Assembly: GCA_020184695.1 (NCBI GenBank)
Contig: JAANOX010000235.1
Span: 62,001-126,000, forward strand
From: Histomonas meleagridis 2922-C6/04-290x
Taxonomy: Eukaryota; Protista; Parabasalia
Length of the DNA: 64,000 nucleotides
Direction: 5' to 3'
The notes below the pieces were generated by a model. It had not been told where the DNA came from and did not search any database. It saw only the letters and a list, made by a program, of their open reading frames with translations. Numbering within the stretch: position 1 is the stretch's first letter; each line of letters starts with the position of its first letter. Below, piece by piece: positions 20,071-30,252 of this stretch. The translations under genes and the position numbers were made by a program.

Positions 20071-23000
20071 ATGTCTAATGGTGATTCGAACACCAAAATA
20101 ATTGAAAATTCTAAATCACAGTATGTTGAAATCAATCTTCTAGTTAAACTTGAACATATCATATTTAATTTAACTGAAGAAAATCTAAATTTATCAATTG
20201 AACAAACAATGAAATTATTTGACCCAAAATTTCCTTATTCATGTAACTTAACTATTTGTGCTTTAGTATGTCATGCATTTTGTTCGAAAGTCAATGTAAA
20301 TGATTTGTATTTAAGATATTTAGAATTAATTCAAACGAAAGAAGAAATTCAAAAAATTGATCCTAAAATATTAACAGTTTTTAAAACCCAAACTTTTATA
20401 CCATATTATTTAATAGAAAAAATGATATCGCAAAATCTAATAGATAAAAATATCACTAAAAACATTTTTTCACCTTATTTTGCTCATTACAAAACAGAAA
20501 GAAGAGAAATCATAAAAATGAATTATTACCATCCATTATATGGTTCTTTTTTTAAAAATTATGATGAGCTTTCAAAGAATAATTGGGAACTTCATAAGAA
20601 ATTAATTAGAGAAGGACATAATCCAAATGAAATTGCAAAAATAATTCGAAATGATGAAATAGAAAAACTTCAAGAAATATCAACACAAACAAATTTTGAT
20701 TTTAATAAAACAATTGAACCATCAATTTATGAAAGATATTCATTAGTTAATCAAAAACATGTTTCATTAATTGATTATGCAGCATTTTTTTCTTCTGTTA
20801 AATGTTTTAAATATTTACTTATGAATGGCGCTAAAGTCGAAAACACAGGTAAATATGCAGTTGCAGGTGGAAATGAAGAAATCATTCATTTATGTGAACA
20901 AAATCATTCATCATTTGAAGATGCATACGAAACTGCAATTAAATTTCATCAAAATGATATCTTCATATATTTATACGAATACAAAATAAAGAAAATTGAT
21001 AATTTAGAAGAATTAGGAAGGAAATGTATTTTTTATCATAATTATGAAATTTTTGCTTTTTTATTGAAAGAAGGAATGAAAATAAATGATGATATTATTA
21101 ACGAAACTTCAAGAATCGGAAATATATTTCTCGTAAAATCTTTTCTTAAAAAAAATCAAACACCAAAAGATATTTTAGTTTTTTCGTCAGAATCAGGAAA
21201 CTTTGAACTTTTTAAATATATCATGGAACAAAAAATTGACGTAAACATTAAAAATATAATTTGTTTTAATAATTTAATGTTTCAATATAATATTTGAGAA
21301 TTATTTAATATGTTTGATACAGCACTTATTTGTGCATCTTTAAATGGTCATATCGAAATAGTTAAATTACTTCTTGGCCAAAAAGGAATTGATGTTAATG
21401 CTAAAAATATTTATTTATTTTATTTAATATTTGTTTTAATTATTTTATATTTCTAAATAATATTTGGAAATTATTTAAAATATTATGGACAGCACTTATA
21501 TATGCATCTAGAAATTGTTATATAGAAATAGTTAAATTACTTCTTGAACAAAAAGGAATTGATATTAATGCTAAAGGTATTTATTTATTTTATTTAATAT
21601 TTGTTTTAATAATTTAATAATTTTAAATAATATTTGGAAATTATTTAAGTTATTTTATACAGCACTTAGAGAAGCATCTTGGTATGGTCATATAGAAATA
21701 GTTAAATTACTTCTTGAACAAGAAGGAATTGATATTAATGCTAAAGATAAAATTTATTTGTTTTATTTGATGTTTATTTTAATAATTTTATATTTCAAAA
21801 TAATAATTGGAAATTATTTAAAATATTTTTTACAGCACTTATATCTGCATCTAGAAATGGTCATACAGAAATAGTTGAATTACTTCTTGAACAAGAAGGA
21901 ATTGATATTAATGCTAAAGGTATTTATTTATTTTATTTAATATTTATTTTAGTAATTTAATAATTTTAAATAATATTTGGAAATTATTTAAGTTATTTTA
22001 TACAGCACTTTTTGAAGCATCATCAAAAGGTCATACAGAAATAGTTAAATTACTTCTTGAACAAGAAGGAATTGATATTAATGCTAAAGATATTTATTTG
22101 TTTTATTTGATGTTTATTTTAATAATTTTATATTTCAAAATAATAATTGGAAATTATTTAAATTATTTGAAACAGCACTTATTTATGCATCTTCAGAAGG
22201 TCATACAGAAATAGTTAAATTACTTCTTGAACAAGAAGGAATTGATATAAATGCTAAAGATATTTATTTGTTTTATTTGATATTTGTTTTTATAATTTCG
22301 TATTTCAAAATAACAATTGGGAATTATTTAAATTATTATGGACAGCACTTATTTATGCATCTTCAAAAGGTCATACAGAAATAGTTAAATTACTTCTTGA
22401 ACAAAAAGGAATTGATATTAATGCAAAAGATAAAATTTATTTGTTTTATTTGATGTTTATTTTAATAATTTTATATTTCAAAATAATATTTGGAAATTAT
22501 TTAAATTATTTGAAACAGCACTTATGAATGCATCATCAAAAGGTCATACAGAAATAGTTAAATTACTTCTTGAACAAGAAGGAATTGATATTAATATCAA
22601 AAATATTTATTTGTTTTATTTAATATTTATTTTAATAATTTCATATTTCAAAATAACAATTGGGAATTATTTAAATTATTATGGACAGCACCTATTTATG
22701 CATCTTCAAAAGGTTATACAGAAATAGTTAAATTACTTCTTGAACAAAAAGGAATTGATATTAATGCTAAAGGTATTTATTTATTTTATTTAATATTTAT
22801 TTTAATAATTTAATAATTTTAAATAATATTTGGAAATTATTTAAGTTATTTTATACAGCACTTTTTGAAGCATCATCAAAAGGTCATACAGAAATAGTTA
22901 AATTACTTCTTGAACAAGAAGGAATTGATATTAATGCTAAAAATATTTATTTGTTTTATTTAATATTTGTTTTTATAATTTCGTATTTCAAAATAATAAT

Positions 23001-23759
23001 TGGAAATTATTTAAATTATTTGAAACAGCACTTATTTATGCATCTTCAGAAGGTCATACAGAAATAGTTAAATTACTTCTTGAACAAGAAGGAATTGATA
23101 TTAATACTAAAAATATTTATTTGTTTTATTTAATATTTGTTTTTATAATTTCATATTTCAAAATAATAATTGGAAATTATTTAAATTATTTAATACAGCA
23201 CTTATGTCTGCATCTTCAGAAGGTCATACAGACTTATTTAAATTACTTCTTGAACAAGAAGGAATTGATATTAATGCAAAAGATATTTATTTATTTTATT
23301 TATTATTTGTTTTAATAATTTTATATTTCAAAATAATAATTGGAAATTATTTAAATTATTTGGAACAGCACTTATTAGAGCATCTTTTTATGGTCAGATA
23401 GAAATAGTTAAATTACTTCTTGAACAAGAAGGAATTGATATAAATGCAAAAGATATTTATTTGTTTTATTTATTATTTGTTTTAATAATTTAATATTTCA
23501 AAATAATATTTAGAAATTATTTAAATTATTTGACACAGCACTTATTTATGCATCTGAAAATGGCCATACAGAAATAGTTAAATTACTTCTTGAACAAGAA
23601 GGAATTGATATTAATGTTAAAGATGTAATTTATTTTAATAATTTGATATTTCAAAATAATATTTGAAAATTATTTAAATTATTTTATACAGCACTTATTT
23701 ATGCATCTTCAGAAGGTCATACAGAAATAGTTAAATTACTTACTTACTCTATCAATTGA
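20071..23759 (+). CDS. DUF3447-domain + 15-ankyrin-repeat protein, 900 aa after removal of 58 17-nt inserts
   Basis: The ORF is open from ATG 20071 to 21258 (DUF3447: NPNEIAKIIRNDEIEKLQ..SLIDYAAFFSSVKCFKYLLMNG..YAVAGGNEEIIHLCEQ). Span 3689 nt minus 58x17 = 2703 nt = 900 codons + TGA at 23757-23759, with no internal stop after decoding all 15 repeats by hand. Confidence 0.85.
21259..23684 (+). other. Array of 58 non-GT/AG 17-nt inserts flanking single-codon micro-exons; 170-nt repeat unit (102 coding + 4x17)
   Basis: Example: GAT(22089) [ATTTATTTGTTTTATTT] GAT [GTTTATTTTAATAATTT] TAT [ATTTCAAAATAATAATT] GGA [AATTATTTAAATTATTT] GAA ACA GCA CTT = D-D-Y-G-E-T-A-L. Confidence 0.92.
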
Positions 23760-23765
23760 TAGAGT
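23746..23765. repeat. Perfect 20-bp palindrome at the end of the ankyrin array
   Basis: ACTCTATCAATTGATAGAGT is its own reverse complement and is preceded by TTAC x3. Confidence 0.95.
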
Positions 23766-23819
23766 GGTTCCGACCAATTATTGTCACAAAAAATAGCCAA
23801 GTAAAGTTAAGAATTTTAC

Positions 23820-23997
23820 TTAACGTTCATTCTTATTATTTTCTTTTTTTGACTCTGGAGAGCTATAAGAATAATATTTCATCAATTTATCGAGATCACC
23901 GCCAAAGCCACTGCTTAGATCTTTAAGTTTATTATCTTCTTTCTTTGTCCAAGCACAATATTTTCTTCCAGATTGATATATTTTATGTCTTCCTCAT
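23820..23997 (-). pseudogene. Myb/SANT-like fragment
   Basis: The minus strand reads GRKYCAWTKKEDNKLKDLSSGFGGDLDKLMKYY with an upstream in-frame TGA and no start codon. Confidence 0.4.
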
Positions 23998-24768
23998 ATG
24001 TGAGATTGAGAAAATGGGTTCAACGTTATGCACTATGTGCTGCATACAGCACCATTACTTTTATTATGTTTTTTTCCAGAAATTCCTGATTTCGTTCGTG
24101 AAGGCTTCAAAAAGTGAATCTTTCACAATTAAGTAAATAAACTTTTCAATTGAGTATAATAAACCATTAAAATTTTTCATAAAAAGTGCCATCAAGCTAT
24201 TTAGTTTTTCAAAAATTAGTTATCCTGTGTCTGATCACTGTTTTTATGAATTTGCTTTTGAGTAACCTAACAAAGTTAACCCTTTTTGTGGCATTGATAA
24301 ATTTACAAATAGAATCATGATTTCTTGCATTTTTTCTTCGATTGACGATTATTTTCCATCCAAAAAGTTAATAACTGTAAAATATTTGAATGATAAATCA
24401 CGGTTTTAAACCGTCGTGCAAACTCAATAATATTCACTTAATAAAAAAACCTAATAGTATACTTAGCAATGTTATTGTGCATATTAATATGTATAAATAA
24501 TCAGAAAATTATGTAATAATTTTTTGATCAAATTTCGAAATATTCGATTTATATAAATAAAAGTCATATACTCAAGTAATCAGAATTTAACCAAATAATT
24601 TTTACTATAAAATTTTATTTATATTTTAAGTGTATATGCTTGAAAAAAAGTTCTGAACACCAAATGAAGAAATGCATTATTATCATGAATATTTTTCAAA
24701 TGTTGAATAAAATACAAATCAAAAATTCAGATTCCAAAAAAGTTCAAATTATTTTTACTTAACATTTT

Positions 24769-25980
24769 TTAATTTAAATTTGGAACAATATTTTTTTGGA
24801 ATTCCTCAACTATTTGATACAACTGATCAATCACACTATACATTCCTGGTAATTCTGTCTCAGATAGTTCATGTGATTCGATCAGTTCTGTTAAAATTTG
24901 TAACATTTGAATCCTTTCTTCTTGTGATTTCCCATTACTTAACATTGTAACTATTGAAAAAATTGCACAATCTTGGTCCCAAAAATCTATATAGTCCACA
25001 ATTATTCTAAACAAGTTAATATTAACTCTTTCCATGAAGTTAAATCGATAAATTAATTCCAATGAATAAACTATTGAATGCAATGTAAACTTCTGAATAC
25101 ATTCAAGAATTTTTATATATATATCTTCTTTCTCAGTCTGATTCCATTGTTCAATAAAAGTTAAAAACACTTCAAGTGTAAGCTCGACGGAAAGTTTAGA
25201 TTCGGATTCTAAGATTTCAAGAAGACGTTTAAGAAATGCATGAGGTGCAATTTTGGAATATCTTAAAATTTTGAGGTAGGCTATGTTAAGCTCTTCGTCT
25301 AAGCGAAAAAAGATTCGTTCAGAAAATGATAATATGATTTCAGAGTCAATTTGAAAACCATGAAAATGAAGAAGTTGAATAAGAAACATTAACCCGGAAT
25401 CATTATCAATGTCTTGGCATATGTATAGCTTTTGTAATAATTCATAAATCGCTGGAAAAATTTCAGCTGGAATTCCATCTGTTGATCGTAATAAAAAGAG
25501 TAAAAGGAAAATCTTTTTGTGGTTTTTGAGAATACCTTCAAAAAGGTCAGAATAAAATTTGATAGGAATATAGTTTCTTTCTGTAGTATCTTCGAATATT
25601 TTGATGAGAATTGAATCTGCTATTTGTGCCTTAAAAGGATCAGCAAATGAGAAATGAAGCAAACTGGAAACACTATCCTCATTACAAAAATCATGAGAAG
25701 GAAATGAACTTAATTTAATGGTATCAAGTAAAAATTTTCTAAGGAATTCAGACATCGGCGATGCACTTTGTTCTAAAAAAAATGTTTTAGCCAGAGTTGC
25801 ATTTATATTAAACGTTTCTTTACAATCCATATTTGCCAAGATGTCATATAACTGGACACTTGTTTCTGGACTAAAATTTTCCAACAAAATTGGTATGGAA
25901 TTAATTGTTTCTTTCCCTAAGATTATTTTTTTTTCATTTCCTTGAGATGTGCGATCTTCGTTTCGAGCCGAAAAACTCAT
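24769..25980 (-). CDS. Hypothetical alpha-helical (ARM/HEAT-like) protein, 403 aa
   Basis: Long ATG-initiated ORF, Leu/Ile-rich helical composition, no recognised motif. Confidence 0.75.
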   Translation of the reverse strand: MSFSARNEDRTSQGNEKKIILGKETINSIPILLENFSPETSVQLYDILANMDCKETFNINATLAKTFFLEQSASPMSEFLRKFLLDTIKLSSFPSHDFCNEDSVSSLLHFSFADPFKAQIADSILIKIFEDTTERNYIPIKFYSDLFEGILKNHKKIFLLLFLLRSTDGIPAEIFPAIYELLQKLYICQDIDNDSGLMFLIQLLHFHGFQIDSEIILSFSERIFFRLDEELNIAYLKILRYSKIAPHAFLKRLLEILESESKLSVELTLEVFLTFIEQWNQTEKEDIYIKILECIQKFTLHSIVYSLELIYRFNFMERVNINLFRIIVDYIDFWDQDCAIFSIVTMLSNGKSQEERIQMLQILTELIESHELSETELPGMYSVIDQLYQIVEEFQKNIVPNLN

Positions 25981-26184
25981 TTAGAATTTTTTGAAAAGTT
26001 TACACTCAGGGAACGTTAACAAATTAAACGTTTCAAATCTCTAAAGTTTACTGAGAACTCAAATAAATTTATTATAATATTTTATATGCACAACAATCTC
26101 TTTTGAGAAGAAGTTGGGGAAAATTATATAAATTTTAAAATTGGTTTTTATTGGTCATACAAAGATGAAAGATTTATCTTCAAA

Positions 26185-26916
26185 TTAACGAAGGGATCTT
26201 AAGAATGTCTCAGGAAGCCAATCCACATGATTTTCTACCAATATTTGTTTTAAGCCTTTTTCACTTGGATCAAATATTGAAGCAAGTGCTTCTTTCTCAT
26301 TTTGATTTGTTTCATATTCTCCTAAAAACTTTGAAACGAGTTTAACCTTGATGTCTGTTGGCATTGTAGCTTTTTTAACTGTTCTTGCAAAAACAAATAC
26401 ATCAAGTTCATCTGAAAGATCTTCAATTGGGATTTCTAAAAGATATTTAGTAAGATAACTCTCAAGGGCTTCTAATTCAGATGGTAGTTCTAAGTCATAG
26501 CATTTCTTAACAAGCTTTAAGATATTGGAAGAGTTCAAATTATTGTTGAGAAATTTGTGTAATTCGCTAGTAAGCTTGGGAATAACATAGCACCTTGAAA
26601 TTGCCAATAAAGGGACAACTTGTTCAAAGTTAAAAGAAAGTTTTCCATCATACATCCATGAGATAACTTTTGGAAGAAGGTTTTCAGGATTTACTTTTGC
26701 AGAAACAATACATGTAGATGCTTCTTTCATACCTGACGTGAAAATATTAAAGAAAAATTCAGATGAATTTGATAAAATGTAGCGGTGAGATTTTATTGTT
26801 TCATACTCTGTTTCGTTCTTAAAAACATGAACTTCACAGTCTGAAAGAAATCCGCTGTTAAGAAATTCTTTGTAGTCAAATTTGGAATTTAGGAATATTT
26901 CCTCTTGTTTGTTCAT
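26185..26916 (-). CDS. BTB/POZ domain protein
   Basis: GFLSDCEVHV...IKSHRYILSNSSEFFFNIFTSGMKEA...LLPKVISWMYDGKL...LLAISRCYVIPKL. Confidence 0.9.
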   Translation of the reverse strand: MNKQEEIFLNSKFDYKEFLNSGFLSDCEVHVFKNETEYETIKSHRYILSNSSEFFFNIFTSGMKEASTCIVSAKVNPENLLPKVISWMYDGKLSFNFEQVVPLLAISRCYVIPKLTSELHKFLNNNLNSSNILKLVKKCYDLELPSELEALESYLTKYLLEIPIEDLSDELDVFVFARTVKKATMPTDIKVKLVSKFLGEYETNQNEKEALASIFDPSEKGLKQILVENHVDWLPETFLRSLR

Positions 26917-28895
26917 TTTGCCACTTTTAAAAAAGAGTAAGTTGAGGTGACTTAACGTCTTTTTGAACGTTAATGATGTTTTTTCTTTTTTATCCCCATT
27001 CTGAAGGAGATATCAAGATCACAGATAATAGTACAAATCAAGTTAAACATATTGTACTTTTTAAAAATTGAAATATATTTCTTATGATTCGAAAAAATAG
27101 ATTTATATTGGAAACATAACCTTATTAAAAGACACTGTCAACCAACTTTCCCTCTTATAGATTTATTTTTAATTTTAAAATTATTTGTAATGTATTTAAT
27201 ACATATCAGATTTTAACATATAAGAACAGTCGACAAATTTTTATGAAGATATAATAATTTTTTTTGAAATTTCCTTTGAATTTAGTCACTTTCCATTTAA
27301 ATTTGTGTACGATACAATATACAAACGGTCATCTAAGCGAAGACTGGATGTACCAATTACCACATCTAAACCAGTATATACAAGTATTGCTCAAAAAATG
27401 TTTAGAATATTTTTATTTTCTGTTTAATTTTGTGATTCCTTGTTGTGACTATCGCTCACTCGTGAAGGAACGAATCTTGATGGATTTGTAACCGCAAAAT
27501 TAATTCAAAAAGTTATTTTTTCTTCTTTGTCAAGAGCCTCCAATAATGAATAAATTGTTTCAAGAATTATCCTATTGATAGAACACATAAATTATAAAAA
27601 ATTGCAAAGACAGATTTTTGAATTTTTGCTCTGATCTATATATATTGAAAATCTTGTATAACTTAAAAACAGAATGAAAACTATATAAAAATTATATCAA
27701 TTAATATTGACTATTATTAGTTCTATATATTTATTGAATTTGAACTTCTGTATTTAATCCTAAAGCCCAAAAAAGCATTTTGGAATTTTGGAGATTGCTC
27801 ATAAAAAAAATAAGAAAACAAAATTTGGTTAAGATAATTTTATTGAATAGAATGTGTATACTTATTTATTTATATTTTTTTTTAAATTTAGTTCAGTGGA
27901 AAATGAAAAAAATTGATTTTCTGATTTGAAAAGACCGTTTATTTGGTTTACAGCGTCTTATATAAGAACATAAGAAAAAAAGCCAAAAACAAAAGCTTCT
28001 TTTTATGAAATTCATCATTATCCCGATAATTCTTCGATAGGAAATATGAAGATAACTTTGTAACAGCAATATTAGATTTTGTATTTTATTTAAATTTATA
28101 TCATAGAAACTTTTTGAATCAAAAATAATCACTCGAACGATTATAAACAAATCAAAGTTACATTTGATATAACTGAAATCCAACAACAGAAAAAACTGTT
28201 GTGAATAAATAAAATGTAAATATTTTTAATTTGTACTAATAAAATAGAATATAAATCGCAAAATAATTTAACCAACATATGTCTATAATAAATATAAAAT
28301 ATAAATGAAATCTGTAGGAAAAATCAGAGTAAATTCAGCATCTTTTAAATGTCACCTTGTATGTTTCATATCTGACTAACCGTAGAAACATACCAAAAGT
28401 GATGACGATAATGAGGTCATTTTCACTGAATTTTACACTTTACACCACTGAATTTTTGACAACTCCAGCGACAGTTTTTAATAAAAAACGATTAATCTGC
28501 TCTCAAAAACCATGTTTTTTCTGATTATACAATATTTAATGTTGTCTGTTTGTCACTTTCATCGGGAAATTAAAAAACATAATATTATGCTTTCCTAAAA
28601 ATATTTATCAAATTACTTAATAATTAGAAATAGTAAGACGAAGTCCTAAACAAATTTTTTTTTCGAATGTAAATAAAAATTTTTTGAGCTAAAATTCATA
28701 TTTTTGCTTATAACATGCCCCATAATTTTTCTCCACAATTAACCGTTTTGATTTGATCCGAATGAACTGAAAATCGACTTTTGCGAATCATTCAAAAAGT
28801 TATACCACCAATCATTTGTGTGGATTTCAAAGGGCTTTGAAATTCAAAAGGAACTTCCTCCTCTTAAAAAATCTGATGAATAGAAGCCACTTCAC

Positions 28896-29462
28896 TTGGA
28901 TAAATTGGATTGCATTCAAGCTCGTCCCCGTTTTCAGCGAATTCATTTTACACGTGAAGAAGATGATATGCTTAGAATGTTAGTTGAAAAATATGGTGAG
29001 AGTGAGTGGAGGCGCGTTTCAAGAGAAATGCCAAATAGATCGACGAGACAATGTAGAGAAAGATGGCAAAATCACTTAAAAGTTAATCCACTTAAAGAAA
29101 AATGGAGTCCTGAAGAAGATGCTTTGTTGAAAATAAAGTATAAGGAACTTGGTCCAAAATGGAAATCAATGGAACCATTCTTTCCTGGTAGAACTTCAAT
29201 CAATATTAGAAATAGATTTAATTGTCTTCGTAGATTTAGTGCTTTATATTCATTTAGTCAAGACCAAAAAATTGATTCAGTAGCTTCAAGTGATGCAAAC
29301 CCTAATTCATCAAACGTTCCAAATGGTGCGAATGCCAATTCTGAAGAAACAAGTTCAGATGGGAAAAACAGTATATCACAATCATGGGCTGATTTTATTG
29401 ATCCATATGAGCCTATGTTTGATATATATTTCAATTTAGATTTTTTCTATCAAGATATATAG
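28896..29462 (+). CDS. R2R3 Myb-like DNA-binding protein (no in-frame ATG before the first repeat)
   Basis: FTREEDDMLRMLVEKYGESEWRRVSREMPNRSTRQCRERWQNHL..WSPEEDALL..YKELGPKWKSM..FFPGRTSINIRNRF. Confidence 0.9.
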   Translation: MDKLDCIQARPRFQRIHFTREEDDMLRMLVEKYGESEWRRVSREMPNRSTRQCRERWQNHLKVNPLKEKWSPEEDALLKIKYKELGPKWKSMEPFFPGRTSINIRNRFNCLRRFSALYSFSQDQKIDSVASSDANPNSSNVPNGANANSEETSSDGKNSISQSWADFIDPYEPMFDIYFNLDFFYQDI

Positions 29463-30252
29463 AATAGAGATACAAAACTAAAATAAAAAAGAAGAAAATT
29501 CATTCGTTTAGAATAAAAACTGATTTGCTTTTTAATTTCGTTTGAATGTTTATCATTCTGTGTTATATCATAATACAAGGTTTATAAAAGATATTATAAT
29601 ATAGAAATTATTTTATATAAACAAAGAATTTTATAAATAAAAACAATAATTGAATGTTTTACTATATAATTTTTTTTTTTTTGTATCTCATGTATAAAAG
29701 TATTTCACATTAATTATTCATTGTCTTGTTTTCGACTGTTAATTTATACAGAGCATACCTTTTTTTTTATTCTCGAGATAGAATAATATATTTATGAATA
29801 AAAATATGTAAGCATTAAAAGCTTTTATCTAAAGAATATTATCAAAATAGTATATAGTATACTTATGCAATATAATTAATGCTACTTCTACATTTATAAT
29901 TTTAACTCTATTCTATAATAAGAAATAATATCTGAAGATGGATATAAAATAGAAATTATTATTATAATATATGATTAAAAATAATAAAATTAAACAGTAA
30001 GATAACAATAACATGGTTTTTTTGAAAACGCTTATTTAAATTGAGAATACTCGTCACTTATAACGAAAAAAAAAAGCTTCACAAGATATAAAGTCAAAAT
30101 TTCCTTCAATAAGTTGAATCCCCAGATAGATTGGTAACTGACCGATGAAACAGCACTTTTTGTGAATTGGGATATTGTATCCACTTTTGATCGTTTTGTT
30201 GTTTGTTTCAAATTCTCGAAACGACACGTCAATTCACATCACTTTATTTTTA

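Noticed and set aside
21540-21670. One conventional GT-AG intron per repeat (AAAG/GTATTT ... ACAG/)
   Set aside because: GT exists only in the three K-G repeats, there is no ACTAAC branch motif, and such splicing would delete the whole DxxGxT hairpin, whose codons are clearly conserved inside the supposed intron.
22089-22171. Programmed ribosomal bypassing or U-deletion editing as the mechanism
   Set aside because: There are no matching take-off and landing codons 17 nt apart, and the inserts contain A, C and G, so U-deletion alone cannot remove them. Not formally excluded.
22088-22175. U12-type AT-AC intron (ATATTT ... GAAAC)
   Set aside because: Removal shifts the frame, the AC is part of the Thr codon, and the 5' end is not ATATCC.
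22524-23401. Small hydrophobic membrane peptides (IYLFYLIFILII...) in the ORF track
   Set aside because: They arise from reading through the T-rich 17-nt inserts.
21241-23750. CRISPR-like repeat/spacer array
   Set aside because: The 170-nt unit encodes ankyrin repeats, the variable parts are single codons rather than unique spacers, the context is eukaryotic, and there are no cas genes.
23746-23765. Vector contamination with a tet operator
   Set aside because: It differs from tetO1 by one inserted base and there is no other vector or promoter sequence nearby.
27264-28186. Short ORFs at 27264-27491 and 27893-28186 as genes
   Set aside because: TTG starts, no recognisable motif, and composition like intergenic or decayed DNA.
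28827-28846. Inverted repeat ATTTCAAAG-GG-CTTTGAAAT upstream of the Myb gene as a terminator or element end
   Set aside because: Single short AT-rich hairpin with no supporting context.
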